From the NCBI GenBank assembly GCA_902594485.1, contig CACJMJ010000001.1, positions 6,574 to 70,573 on the forward strand: a stretch of DNA of 64,000 bases, in the 5' to 3' direction. Source of the stretch: an uncultured Bacteroidota bacterium (GTDB lineage Bacteria; Bacteroidota; Bacteroidia; Flavobacteriales; Flavobacteriaceae). The notes beneath the pieces were generated by a model. That model saw nothing but the letters and a program-made list of their open reading frames with translations. It did not search any database and was not told the origin of the DNA. The position numbers were made by a program, and so were the translations under genes. Below are positions 1 to 10,169 of the stretch, piece after piece (the stretch's first letter is position 1; each line of letters starts with the position of its first letter).

Positions 1-318
1 CAGTGTGAGTATTTTGCATTAGAAGGACTTGGAAAATTATTGAATACAGTTAAGAGTGTTCAAAAGGTTCATAATGAGGAATTAGATATTGAGGGAATAT
101 TACTAACTATGTTTGATTCAAGGTTAAGACTTTCAAATCAAGTAGTAGAGGAAGTCAGAAAACATTTTGGAGATATTGTGTTTGAAACTATTATCCAAAG
201 AAATATTAAATTAGGTGAAGCTCCAGGTTTTGGAAAAGATATAATTACTTATGATGTCTCATCAAAAGGAACAAAAAATTATCTTTCCTTAGCAGATGAA
301 ATTGTAAATAGAAATTAA
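1..318 (+). CDS. parA: ParA/Soj chromosome partitioning ATPase, C-terminal part (5' end outside window)
   Basis: Frame is open from base 1 (QCEYFALEGLGKLL...), with GILLTMFD and IxRNIKLGEAP motifs; lies directly upstream of parB. Confidence 0.95.
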   Translation, partial: QCEYFALEGLGKLLNTVKSVQKVHNEELDIEGILLTMFDSRLRLSNQVVEEVRKHFGDIVFETIIQRNIKLGEAPGFGKDIITYDVSSKGTKNYLSLADEIVNRN

Positions 319-1197
319 ATGTCTGATAAAAAACAAAAAAAAGTACTTGGGAGAGGTCTTGATGCTCTGCTTGGTAATTCTGACAATGCTGATTTTTCTA
401 ATAATACTAAGAATAATGCGAATAGTCTTCAATTATCATTAGATAAAATTTATGTAAACCCAAATCAGCCAAGAACAAATTTTGACAGTAATCAAATTGA
501 TAATCTTGTTGTTTCAATTAAAGAACTTGGAATTATTCAGCCTATTACTGTAAGGAAAATTAATGATGATAAGTATGAAATCATTTCTGGTGAAAGAAGG
601 TATCGTGCCTCAAAAATAGCTAATCTAGAATCAATACCATGCTATATAAAAGCAGTTGAAGATGAAACTGATTTGTTAAAGATGTCGTTAGTTGAAAATG
701 TACAGAGAGTAGACCTTGATCCAATTGAAATTGCATTAACATATGAAAGGTTTATCAATGAGTATAACTTAAATGTTGATGCTATATCTAGGCTAGTAGG
801 TAAGGATAGGTCAACTGTATCAAATTACATACGACTTTTAAAACTTGATCCGATTATTCAATCAGGTATAAGAGATGGATTCTTGAGCATGGGTCATGGA
901 AGAGCTCTAATAAATGTTGATGATAAAAAATTACAAATTGAAATTTATGAACAAATAATATCATCAAAATTATCTGTCAGACAAACAGAGAAGATTGCTA
1001 GAGGAAATAAAGACCTACCTTCTAATAACTCTAACTCAGATGTATCAAAAATCTATTTAGATGCAACTAATAAGTTTGAGAAGCTGTTTAATTCAAAAGT
1101 AACATTAAAAGAAAATAGCAAAGGCAAAGTCTCCCTTTCAACTACTTTTAAGAGTATTAATGAGTTATACTCAATTATAAAAAAAATTACAAATTGA
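319..1197 (+). CDS. parB: ParB/Spo0J partitioning protein
   Basis: LGRGLDALL N-terminal motif, NPNQPR, ISGERR CTP-binding motif, ENVQRVDL, HTH GKDRSTVSN. Confidence 0.97.
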   Translation: MSDKKQKKVLGRGLDALLGNSDNADFSNNTKNNANSLQLSLDKIYVNPNQPRTNFDSNQIDNLVVSIKELGIIQPITVRKINDDKYEIISGERRYRASKIANLESIPCYIKAVEDETDLLKMSLVENVQRVDLDPIEIALTYERFINEYNLNVDAISRLVGKDRSTVSNYIRLLKLDPIIQSGIRDGFLSMGHGRALINVDDKKLQIEIYEQIISSKLSVRQTEKIARGNKDLPSNNSNSDVSKIYLDATNKFEKLFNSKVTLKENSKGKVSLSTTFKSINELYSIIKKITN

Positions 1198-1751
1198 GAA
1201 AAATATTTTTATTAATAATGATTTCTCTTTCATTCATAATGAATGCTCAGGCAGATATTGATTCTACATACGTTAGTCCAAAAAAATTAAAATTAATTAA
1301 CGACCCACTGACTCCATCTAAAGCTGCATTTTACTCCTCTGTTATTCCTGGTTTAGGTCAAGTTTATACTAGGAGATATTGGATGATTCCAATAATTTAT
1401 GGAGGTCTAGGAGCATCTGCATACTACTACAACTATAATAATAAGGAGATGAAGAAATATAGAACAGCATATAAGAGGAGACTTGCAGGATACTTTGATG
1501 ATGAGTATACTGAAATAATTCCTGAAAATGAAAAATTACTAGAGGGAATGAAGTTTCACAGAAGATATAAAGACTTTTCTTTTATGTTCCTTGTTGGAAC
1601 TTATGTTTTAAATATTATCGATGCAAATGTCGGCGCTCACTTATTACAATTTAATGTTAGTGAAGATCTATCATTTGGGCCATATATAGAAAATAATTAT
1701 TTTGATTTTTCTCAAAGTGCTGGAATTAAATTTAAAATTAATCTAGACTGA
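1194..1751 (+). CDS. DUF5683-family membrane protein (TTG start)
   Basis: Signal peptide, PSKAAFYSSVIPGLGQVY and NIIDANVGAHL motifs; usual neighbour of parB in Bacteroidota. Confidence 0.8.
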   Translation: MRKIFLLIMISLSFIMNAQADIDSTYVSPKKLKLINDPLTPSKAAFYSSVIPGLGQVYTRRYWMIPIIYGGLGASAYYYNYNNKEMKKYRTAYKRRLAGYFDDEYTEIIPENEKLLEGMKFHRRYKDFSFMFLVGTYVLNIIDANVGAHLLQFNVSEDLSFGPYIENNYFDFSQSAGIKFKINLD

Positions 1752-1752
1752 T

Positions 1753-3444
1753 ATGAGTATAAACGAATGGTTACTTTTTTTTCTATCCTATAATTTATTA
1801 ATATTCGTTGGATCTCAAAGACTTTTTAAACTTGCAGGTGTTGATAGCTGGAAATCATTAATTCCTGTATACAACATAGTAAAGCATTTAGAGATAATTA
1901 ATAGACCTAAATGGTGGGTCATCCTAGTTTTTATTCCAGTTATAAATCTTCTAATGATTCCGGTAATTTGGGTAGAATTTATTAAAAGATTTAATCACAA
2001 CTCAAAATTAGATAGGGTACTTGTTATTACAACTCTTGGTCTTTATCTATTTTATGTAAGTTATGTTAGCAAAAGAACAAAATATGTAGATAATATTTCA
2101 TTTTCAAATTTTGAAAGGTCTCTTGGGTCTCTTGTTTTTGCAGTTGTAATTGCAACTATAGTTCACAATTATATCCTACAGCCATTTGTAATTCCTACTG
2201 GCTCACTAGAGAAAACATTAAGAGTTGGAGATTTTTTATTAGTAAGTAAATTTCATTATGGGGCTAGAATACCATCTACAGTTATATCTTTTCCAATGGT
2301 TCACGATACTATACCCATACTCAAGACAAGGTCTTACCTGAAGAAACCTCAGCTTCCTTATATTAGAATCCCAGGTTTTCAAGAAATTAAAAATAATGAT
2401 ATCGTAGTTTTTAATTGGCCTGCTGATACGGTTAGAAAGTTTTTTGTCAAGGAAAAGGGTGTGATAAAACCAAGAGATAAAAAATCTAACTATGTCAAAA
2501 GAGCAATTGGAATTCCTGGTGACTCATTAGAAATCAAAGATGGAATAGTTTATTTAAATGGTCAGGAGAATAAATTACCTGAAAGGGCCAAACCATTATA
2601 TACTTACAAAATATTTTCTAAAGATGGAGTGTCATCAAGCAAGTTAAAAAATCTTGAAATTGACGGATTTATCAGAAGATTTGTCATAAGAAATTTATCT
2701 CAAGAATCATATAATAGCTTGAAAGGCAATATTTTGAGTATCTCCAATACTAATGAAAATGAATATCTTATTTACACAGATGATCAAGGTATCCCAATAA
2801 AAAAAGTAAGAGAGCTAAGTATAGACATAAGAGAGATAATTGATAATGAGAAAGAGTTGAGTCTTACTATTAATGATGCAAACATAATTAGAAATTCAAA
2901 TGAGTTTGACACAATATTCAGATCTATTGAAAAAACTAACTATACAAACTCTGTTTTCTTTCCAGGCAATAAAAGATTTAATTGGAATAACGATCAACTA
3001 GGTCCAATATATATTCCAAAGGCGGGTGAAAAAATTAAACTGACTATGGATGATCTTCCACTGTATAAAAAGATAATTAGAGATTATGAAAATAATGAAA
3101 TTGAGATAGTAGATAATAACATATACATAAACGGTGAAATATCAAGTAATTATACTTTTAAACAAGATTATTATTGGATGATGGGAGATAATAGATATAA
3201 TTCTGAAGATTCAAGAGTTTGGGGCTTTGTTCCATTTGATCATGTATTGGGGAAACCTGTTTTTATTTGGATGAGTATAGATGGATTATTCAATGGTATT
3301 AGTAATTGGGAATTTAGATGGGATAGAGTTTTCACAACTATTGGATTTGATGGAAAGCCAAGATCCTATTTGCCTCACTTTATAATTTTTATATTAGTCT
3401 GGCAATTATTTAATTATTTAAAAAAGAAGAGAAATAAAGCTTAA
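1753..3444 (+). CDS. lepB: Signal peptidase I with N-terminal DUF5684-like membrane domain
   Basis: IPTGSLEKTL (catalytic Ser), NYVKRAIGIPGD (catalytic Lys), MMGDNRYNSEDSRVWGFVP. Confidence 0.95.
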   Translation: MSINEWLLFFLSYNLLIFVGSQRLFKLAGVDSWKSLIPVYNIVKHLEIINRPKWWVILVFIPVINLLMIPVIWVEFIKRFNHNSKLDRVLVITTLGLYLFYVSYVSKRTKYVDNISFSNFERSLGSLVFAVVIATIVHNYILQPFVIPTGSLEKTLRVGDFLLVSKFHYGARIPSTVISFPMVHDTIPILKTRSYLKKPQLPYIRIPGFQEIKNNDIVVFNWPADTVRKFFVKEKGVIKPRDKKSNYVKRAIGIPGDSLEIKDGIVYLNGQENKLPERAKPLYTYKIFSKDGVSSSKLKNLEIDGFIRRFVIRNLSQESYNSLKGNILSISNTNENEYLIYTDDQGIPIKKVRELSIDIREIIDNEKELSLTINDANIIRNSNEFDTIFRSIEKTNYTNSVFFPGNKRFNWNNDQLGPIYIPKAGEKIKLTMDDLPLYKKIIRDYENNEIEIVDNNIYINGEISSNYTFKQDYYWMMGDNRYNSEDSRVWGFVPFDHVLGKPVFIWMSIDGLFNGISNWEFRWDRVFTTIGFDGKPRSYLPHFIIFILVWQLFNYLKKKRNKA

Positions 3445-4241
3445 TCTTTCTTTGAATTTTTGAAAAGAAACTCTTTTTCTTTTTTTGTTAAGCTCTCATA
3501 TCCTGACTTACTTATCTTGTCAAGAATAATATCAATATTTTTTTGATTATCTCGATTTTCTTTTGGTTTAGTCTTTATACTATTTATCAAGTTAATAATG
3601 AAGTCAAATGGTGAATTTGATAGATTAAAGTTCCTTGCATAATAGAATCCATATAAAGCACCTCCAAGGTGAGCAATATTTCCACCTGCATTGCTAAATG
3701 GGATTTGGATTAAACTAAGAAGGACATAGAATAAGCCTAAATACTTGAGCTTTACATTAAAGAAGATCAAGTTAATATTTGTATTAGGGAAATATGTACA
3801 CACAAATATGAGAAGTGAATATACAGCTGCAGATGATCCAATTAACGGAGAAAAAGAATTTTCAAAAGCTGGGAAAATATTATAGGAGACGATGAATAAA
3901 AGACCACCTAATATAGCTCCATAAAAGTAAATTTCAAGGAATTTTTTATTATCTAAGAATGAGAGGAAATAATCCGAAACTATATAGAGTATAAACATGT
4001 TCCAAAAAATATGAAAGAAATCTAAATGAAAAAATGAATAAGTTATTATACTCCATGGGCTCATTATGATTTGTTCAAAATTTGGATGAAGATCAAAAAA
4101 TTTAATAATGTTAATTTGAGGAATATTAAAAAGAAACAGGAAAGTATTAGAAACTAGAGGCAGTAAAAAAATTATAACATTAATAATAATAATTTTCTTG
4201 AATATAGGCTGATTGTTAAAATATCTATATCCTAATTCCAT
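3441..4241 (-). CDS. Rhomboid intramembrane serine protease with C-terminal DUF6576-like tail
   Basis: HIFWNM, IGSSAA, AHLGG; tail ILDKISKSGYESLT. Confidence 0.9.
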   Translation of the reverse strand: MELGYRYFNNQPIFKKIIIINVIIFLLPLVSNTFLFLFNIPQINIIKFFDLHPNFEQIIMSPWSIITYSFFHLDFFHIFWNMFILYIVSDYFLSFLDNKKFLEIYFYGAILGGLLFIVSYNIFPAFENSFSPLIGSSAAVYSLLIFVCTYFPNTNINLIFFNVKLKYLGLFYVLLSLIQIPFSNAGGNIAHLGGALYGFYYARNFNLSNSPFDFIINLINSIKTKPKENRDNQKNIDIILDKISKSGYESLTKKEKEFLFKNSKKD

Positions 4242-4960
4242 CTTTTATTATTGAACTGATTTTTTTTCCAATACCACATCATAATAAATCCTGTAAGTGC
4301 ACCGCCTACATGAGCAAAATGAGCAATTGGGCCCATCGAAAATTTTGCACTAAAACCTGAAAATAAATCAATTGATATTAAAATGGGCACAAGTATCTTT
4401 GCCTTTATTGGAATCGGAGGAAATAGTAACATAAGTTGAACATTGGGGAAAAGCATAGCAAATGCAACTAAGATTCCATATAATGCGCCAGATGCTCCAA
4501 CCATTTTAGCCCTTGCTGATTGGGCACCATCAAGAACAACATCTTGATCAGGAATATAATTTTTCTCATATAATATTTTATTAATTTCAATTTCACTAAC
4601 ATTTCTTTCTAATAAAAAATTCGTTGCTGAAATTACATCAAAATGGTAAACTAAAGTCTGAATAAGAACAGCACCAAGGCCGGCTGATATATAGAAAAAT
4701 ATAAATTTTTGCTTACCCCACATTTGCTCTAATGGTGTGCCAAACATCCATAATCCAAACATATTAAATAGAATATGAGTTGGGCTACCATGCATAAACA
4801 TATGAGATATTGGTTGCCATAAAATAAAGTCAGGATTATTTGGATAGTGCATAGAAAATAAATCATACATTAATGCAGTAAGTTGAGGAACAGAAGCAGC
4901 AATAAAAAATATTGCATTAATTATTATCAAATGTTTTACTATTTCACTAACTCTACCCAT
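4232..4960 (-). CDS. Rhomboid intramembrane serine protease
   Basis: HILFNM, VGASGA, AHVGG. Confidence 0.92.
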   Translation of the reverse strand: MGRVSEIVKHLIIINAIFFIAASVPQLTALMYDLFSMHYPNNPDFILWQPISHMFMHGSPTHILFNMFGLWMFGTPLEQMWGKQKFIFFYISAGLGAVLIQTLVYHFDVISATNFLLERNVSEIEINKILYEKNYIPDQDVVLDGAQSARAKMVGASGALYGILVAFAMLFPNVQLMLLFPPIPIKAKILVPILISIDLFSGFSAKFSMGPIAHFAHVGGALTGFIMMWYWKKNQFNNKRWN

Positions 4961-6708
4961 TAGAATATATTTTCAATATCGTTTTTACTCAAAGTAATAA
5001 ATATTTGCTTATTGTTAGGACTCAGATTAGGCTCCTTACATGAAAAAAGTTGATTTACTAGAAACTCTTGTTCATTTGAGTTTAATTTTTCACCTGATTT
5101 AATAGAGGAACTTTTTGAAAGTGCTTTTGCAAAAAAATCTGAATGACTAAGACTATTTGATTTATCGAAATCATTATCATTATCGAGAATATCATCAATT
5201 ATTTCTTCGATAGAATTATTTTTTAGTTGGTTTGGTACTGATGTAATCTTTAATAAATTCTTTTCTAATCCAAATTCAAATCCTAAAGATTTAAATTCTG
5301 AATCAATCTTGTTAAACATTGATAGTTGTTGCTTGGATAAATTTATTTCAATAGGAAAAACTAATTTTTGTGAATCTGTAGAACTTTCAAATATAGATTT
5401 TAAAAAGCCCTCATACAATATTCTCTGATGAGCTAAATTTTGATTTATTATGATTAAAGATGAAGTGCTAGCACTGACAATAAATTTATTAAAGATTTGA
5501 AAAATTTTAGTAAATTCTTTACTAGTGTTCTCAAAGTCTGATTCAATATTCTTAGTTGATTTTTCAGAAAAGAGATCTCCTAGTTTCTCATCATTAAAGA
5601 TTTGAAAAGGGTTAAAATCAGAATCTATCTCAACTCCTGGAATTTTAGGTTCAGATTTAACTTGTGAATAAGATATATCCATCGATGGATCTTTTTCAAA
5701 ATCTAAGACCGGACTAACTTGGTAAATTCCAAGACAATGTTTTACTGCAGAATTAATAATAGAATAAAGGTTTTGATCATCATCAAATTTTATTTCAGTT
5801 TTATTAGGATGAACATTTACGTCGATCTTACTGGGATCAATATTAATAAACAAGAAATAACCTGGATAAAATCCATCTCTTAAGAGACCATCAAAAGAAG
5901 AAAAAATAGAATGATTGATAAACTGACTTTTTACTGATCTATTGTTTACAAATATGTATTGATTTGATCTAGATTTCTTTGCATATTCGGGTTTAAGAAT
6001 AAATCCATGGAGATTTGCTATTTGAGTGTCCTCATCTATTGGAATTAGGTTTTCACGAATCTTTTCGCCAAAAATTGATATTATTCTTTTCTTCAGTGAT
6101 TCCTTTTTTAAATAAAAGATTTCTTCACCATTATTAATAAATGAAAACTCAATTTCATTATGTGAAATGGCAATATTGTTAAATACATTGATTATATGTT
6201 TTAACTCAACAAAGTCAGACTTTAAGAAATTCCTTCTTGCTGGAACATTAAAAAATAAATTTTGAACTTTTATAGAAGTTCCCTCATTAGTATTTAATTC
6301 TTTTTGAGAAATAATATTACCTCCATTAATTTCAATATAATAACCATCATTTTCATTTATTTTAGAAGAAGACATTTCAATCATAGAGACAGATGATATT
6401 GCAGCTAGAGCTTCACCTCTAAATCCCATTGAGTTTATAGAGAAGATATCCTCGATATTATTAATTTTTGAGGTTGCATGTTTTATGAATGAGGAATGCA
6501 TATCGTTTTTTGACATACCTTGGCCATCATCAATTACTTGAATTAAATTTTTACCTGCATTCTTAATAATTATTGTAATCTTTGATGATTTTGCATCAAT
6601 AGAATTTTCAAGAAGTTCTTTTAAAACAGATGAAGGTCTTTGGACTACTTCCCCTGCAGCAATTTTATTAGAAACGTCAGCTGGTAAAATTTTAACTATA
6701 TCTGGCAT
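4960..6708 (-). CDS. mutL: DNA mismatch repair protein MutL
   Basis: IAAGEVVQRP, KELLENSIDA, GFRGEAL, DVNVHPNKTE. Confidence 0.97.
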   Translation of the reverse strand: MPDIVKILPADVSNKIAAGEVVQRPSSVLKELLENSIDAKSSKITIIIKNAGKNLIQVIDDGQGMSKNDMHSSFIKHATSKINNIEDIFSINSMGFRGEALAAISSVSMIEMSSSKINENDGYYIEINGGNIISQKELNTNEGTSIKVQNLFFNVPARRNFLKSDFVELKHIINVFNNIAISHNEIEFSFINNGEEIFYLKKESLKKRIISIFGEKIRENLIPIDEDTQIANLHGFILKPEYAKKSRSNQYIFVNNRSVKSQFINHSIFSSFDGLLRDGFYPGYFLFINIDPSKIDVNVHPNKTEIKFDDDQNLYSIINSAVKHCLGIYQVSPVLDFEKDPSMDISYSQVKSEPKIPGVEIDSDFNPFQIFNDEKLGDLFSEKSTKNIESDFENTSKEFTKIFQIFNKFIVSASTSSLIIINQNLAHQRILYEGFLKSIFESSTDSQKLVFPIEINLSKQQLSMFNKIDSEFKSLGFEFGLEKNLLKITSVPNQLKNNSIEEIIDDILDNDNDFDKSNSLSHSDFFAKALSKSSSIKSGEKLNSNEQEFLVNQLFSCKEPNLSPNNKQIFITLSKNDIENIF

Positions 6709-6983
6709 TAATTAAGGTAGAAAATTGTTAGATCAAAATCAATGATATATAAAAATACCAAAATTAAAAAAACAATAACTAGTATTAGGGTCATATTAAC
6801 ACCCCTATTCTTTCTATTTCGCATTTTATGTCTTTCATCCTTCCATTTTTTTCCGATATCAATAGAATTATAAGTGTCTCGATACTTAGAAAATTTAGAT
6901 TCAAAACTAGTAGGAATACCCTCTTTTCCTTTAAAAAAACGTGGTGTATAGTTGAATCTTCTATGTTTATTTAATTTAAACAT
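6708..6983 (-). CDS. Small conserved membrane protein (basic N-terminus, one C-terminal TM helix)
   Basis: RFNYTPRF start and FLYIIDFDL end; sits between ribH and mutL with 1-2 bp junctions. Confidence 0.75.
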   Translation of the reverse strand: MFKLNKHRRFNYTPRFFKGKEGIPTSFESKFSKYRDTYNSIDIGKKWKDERHKMRNRKNRGVNMTLILVIVFLILVFLYIIDFDLTIFYLN

Positions 6984-6985
6984 AA

Positions 6986-7468
6986 CTATTTCGAATTAAC
7001 TAAAATCATTTTTAGTGCAGCTTCAGCGGCATCCTCACCTTTATTTCCAAACTTACCCCCACTCCTATCAATCGATTGTTGAATATTATCGTCAGTTGTT
7101 ACACAAAGGATTATTGGGATATCAGATAGAATATTTAAATCTTTGATGCCATTAACTACAGCATCAGAAATAAAATCAAAATGTTTTGTCTCACCCTTTA
7201 TAATGCAGCCAATAGATATAATAGCATCATAATCTTTTTTAATTAAAGTTTTTGTCCCAAAAATTAGCTCAAAGCTTCCTGGGACATTTATCTTATGAAT
7301 ATTTTTTTCTAGTAATCCAAAACTTAAAAGTTTCTTCTTAGCACCAGTGAGTAAATTTTCAGTAATTTCATGATGCCATTCAGATACAACACATGCGATC
7401 TTAATGTCCTCTGGATTATTAATTTCAAAAGATCTGGTTAAATTTTGACCAGTCATTTTACTTGACAT
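6986..7468 (-). CDS. ribH: 6,7-dimethyl-8-ribityllumazine synthase
   Basis: VSEWH, VPGSFEL, GCIIKGETKHFDFI, GNKG. Confidence 0.96.
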   Translation of the reverse strand: MSSKMTGQNLTRSFEINNPEDIKIACVVSEWHHEITENLLTGAKKKLLSFGLLEKNIHKINVPGSFELIFGTKTLIKKDYDAIISIGCIIKGETKHFDFISDAVVNGIKDLNILSDIPIILCVTTDDNIQQSIDRSGGKFGNKGEDAAEAALKMILVNSK

Positions 7469-7469
7469 G

Positions 7470-8231
7470 TTAGTTATTTAAGTTTTCTATTCTCCCTAAT
7501 TGAACTTCTACTAAACTGGATTCATAGGAGTCTGGAAAGTCTTCTTTAATTCTATTTAAAAAATTTATTGAAGATTTATATTTACCAATTTCTGATCCTA
7601 TAAGAGCTGCTTTAAATAAATACTTAGGTGTTGTATAGATATTCTCATCATGCTTAAATGCTTTTTGGTAATATTCAAAGGCTTCATTTGGTTGGTTAAG
7701 TTCAGAGAAACAGTCCCCAATTGTGCCAAGTGATATTGATTGAAGAAGGATATCATTTGATTTAAACTTTTCTAAATAAATAATAGCATTGTCATACTCC
7801 TTTAAATTAAGATAAGACATACCAATAGAGTAATTTGCTAGATTTGCAGCCTTAGTCCCAGAATATTCATCAATTATATCTAGAAAACCATATTTACCCT
7901 CACCACCATTAAGTGCAAGTTTGAATAAAGAATCTGATTCATTTGAAACAAGAGCCATCTCAAAAAAGTATTGAGCTTTATTGAGTTCGCTTATAGCCTC
8001 TTTCTCTTTTGGATCAGAGATAAATCGTTCATAGCCTAAATATGAAAGTACTGATATTGATACAGCAGCTATAAGAATAAATATTTTATTTTGGTTTTTG
8101 AGTATCCATTGTTCTGACTTATTTGCTGTTGAGTCTAATGTGTCAAACACCTCAGCTGTTTGGCTTTTGTCAGCACTTATATCTTTATTTGATTTACTCT
8201 TCTTATATCCTCTTCTATTAAATGTTGCCAT
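7470..8231 (-). CDS. Membrane-anchored TPR protein (YfgM-like)
   Basis: Single N-terminal TM helix followed by TPR-like helices (GTKAANLANY, AFEYYQKA). Confidence 0.8.
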   Translation of the reverse strand: MATFNRRGYKKSKSNKDISADKSQTAEVFDTLDSTANKSEQWILKNQNKIFILIAAVSISVLSYLGYERFISDPKEKEAISELNKAQYFFEMALVSNESDSLFKLALNGGEGKYGFLDIIDEYSGTKAANLANYSIGMSYLNLKEYDNAIIYLEKFKSNDILLQSISLGTIGDCFSELNQPNEAFEYYQKAFKHDENIYTTPKYLFKAALIGSEIGKYKSSINFLNRIKEDFPDSYESSLVEVQLGRIENLNN

Positions 8232-8248
8232 AATAATTTTTTGAATCC

Positions 8249-8256
8249 CAAAATTA
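8249..8256 (-). promoter_or_regulatory. Bacteroidota sigma70 -7 element for the TPR-ribH-mutL-rhomboid operon
   Basis: TAATTTTG on the minus strand, 17 nt before the ATG at 8231, in a 48-bp divergent gap. Confidence 0.6.
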
Positions 8257-8279
8257 ATGTTTTATTTTGAATACTTATT

Positions 8280-9380
8280 ATGTTTTTAAACTCTCTGAAA
8301 ATTGATAACTATAAAAATCTTGAAAAGTTCAAGCTAACGTTTAATAAAAAAATCAATTGTTTTATTGGGAAAAATGGGATTGGAAAGACCAATATTGTTG
8401 ATTCAATTTATCATCTAGCTTTTACAAAAAGTTATTTCAATCCATCAACATCACAAAATGTTATGTCTGGATCAGAGTATTTCTCTATAATCGGAGAGTT
8501 TGATATTGATAAAAGGAGTGAGAGTGTTCATTGTTACTATAAAATTGGTGAAAAGAAGGTTATAAAAAGAAATAGTAAAGTTTACAAAAGGATATCAGAT
8601 CACATCGGATTAATTAATCTGATAATAATTTCACCACATGATAGAAATTTAATTACTGAGGGGAGTGAAATGAGAAGAAAATTTATTGATTCAGTCATTG
8701 GACAGGTAGATAAGGTTTACCTTCAGAGGGTTATTGATTATAATAAAGTTATAACTCAGAGAAATTCTCTATTAAAATATTTTTTTATAAATAGAAAGTT
8801 TGATAAGGATACTATCGAATCATATGATCAACAACTTATTACAATTGGAACTCCTATATATAAAGAAAGGTCAAAGTTTATGACTTCATTTATTCCAATT
8901 TTTAAAAAATATTATTCTGATATAAGTTCTGGGAATGAATTAGTTGACATAAACTTTAAAAGTGATTTGAACTCAGGTAGTTTCTCTGAAGTGCTTAATG
9001 AGAGTCTTTCTAAAGATCGGTTTTTACAATACACTTCAAAGGGAGTTCATAGAGATGATCTAATCTTTACAATTGATGGAAATAAGATTAAAAACTTTGG
9101 TAGTCAAGGACAACAAAAATCTTTTCTTATAGCATTAAAACTTGCACAATTTGATTATTACAGAACTAAATTTGGTAATTCACCAATAGTACTTCTAGAT
9201 GATATTTTTGACAAATTAGATCAAGAAAGAGTGAGACAGATTGTTCAAATTCTTGAAAAAAAGGATTTTAGTCAAATATTTATTACTGATACTCATGTTG
9301 ACAGAGTGAAAGATGCATTATCTGAGTCAAAAAATAAAGAGGAAATATTTGATCTTGAAAAATTAAAAAGTTATGGCTAA
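8280..9380 (+). CDS. recF: DNA replication/repair protein RecF
   Basis: Walker A GKNGIGKTN, GSQGQQKS, LLDDIFDKLD. Confidence 0.95.
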   Translation: MFLNSLKIDNYKNLEKFKLTFNKKINCFIGKNGIGKTNIVDSIYHLAFTKSYFNPSTSQNVMSGSEYFSIIGEFDIDKRSESVHCYYKIGEKKVIKRNSKVYKRISDHIGLINLIIISPHDRNLITEGSEMRRKFIDSVIGQVDKVYLQRVIDYNKVITQRNSLLKYFFINRKFDKDTIESYDQQLITIGTPIYKERSKFMTSFIPIFKKYYSDISSGNELVDINFKSDLNSGSFSEVLNESLSKDRFLQYTSKGVHRDDLIFTIDGNKIKNFGSQGQQKSFLIALKLAQFDYYRTKFGNSPIVLLDDIFDKLDQERVRQIVQILEKKDFSQIFITDTHVDRVKDALSESKNKEEIFDLEKLKSYG

Positions 9381-9666
9381 AAGAGGTGAACTAAAAAATG
9401 TTTCAAAAGTTATTGAGGAGGTTTTTTCTCAAAAACACTTCAGGATTGGAATTGATAATATAAAAGTTCAAGAAGCATGGATAAAGACTATGGGAAAGAA
9501 CATTCAGAAATACACTTATAAGGTTGTGTATAAAAAAGGGATATTATATGTAAGACTAAAGTCTTCTGTTCTTAAAGAAGAATTAACATTTGAAAAGACA
9601 AAGGTAATTAAGCTTATAAATCAAGAACTCGGAAAAGAGTATGTAAAAGATCTAGTGATTAGTTAA
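9373..9666 (+). CDS. DUF721/DciA-family helicase loader-like protein
   Basis: 97 aa directly after recF; W...MG...[14 protein letters not shown] pattern. Confidence 0.8.
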   Translation: MAKRGELKNVSKVIEEVFSQKHFRIGIDNIKVQEAWIKTMGKNIQKYTYKVVYKKGILYVRLKSSVLKEELTFEKTKVIKLINQELGKEYVKDLVIS

Positions 9667-10081
9667 AAATCTCTTCATTATCAAAATGAAAGCTTATTTC
9701 AATTTCTGCATTTTCATCACTATCTGAACCATGAACTGCGTTTTCTCCTTTAGATTTAGCGTATTTTTTCCTTATAGTACCTTCTTCAGCCTCATTTGGA
9801 TCAGTAGATCCAATGAGGTTCCTAAAAGCATCAACAGCATTATCCTTTTCTAATGCAGCAGCAACTATTGGACCTCGAGTCATAAAACTTACCAAATCAT
9901 TGAAAAAAGGCTTATCTGAATGAATGGAATAGAATTTTTCAGCTTCATCTCTAGTCATCCTTTTGTATTTTAATGCAATAATTTTAAAACCTGCAGCTTC
10001 AATCATATTAAGTATAGGAAGCATATTACCCTGCTCTATAGAGTCCGGTTTTAGCATTGTAAATGTTCTGTTAGTATTCAT
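9659..10081 (-). CDS. ndk: Nucleoside diphosphate kinase
   Basis: [20 protein letters not shown]. Confidence 0.98.
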   Translation of the reverse strand: MNTNRTFTMLKPDSIEQGNMLPILNMIEAAGFKIIALKYKRMTRDEAEKFYSIHSDKPFFNDLVSFMTRGPIVAAALEKDNAVDAFRNLIGSTDPNEAEEGTIRKKYAKSKGENAVHGSDSDENAEIEISFHFDNEEIFN

Positions 10082-10085
10082 GCGG

Positions 10086-10115
10086 CAAATTTAATAATAT
10101 CTCTGATTAATCAAA
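10086..10115 (-). promoter_or_regulatory. Complete Bacteroidota sigma70 promoter for ndk (-33/-7)
   Basis: Minus strand reads TTTG-N18-TAAATTTG-CCGC-ATG. Confidence 0.75.
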
Positions 10116-10169
10116 GTTTTAGGAATTACTTTATTTTAATTTTCAATATAATATTATATTAGCCCACTT

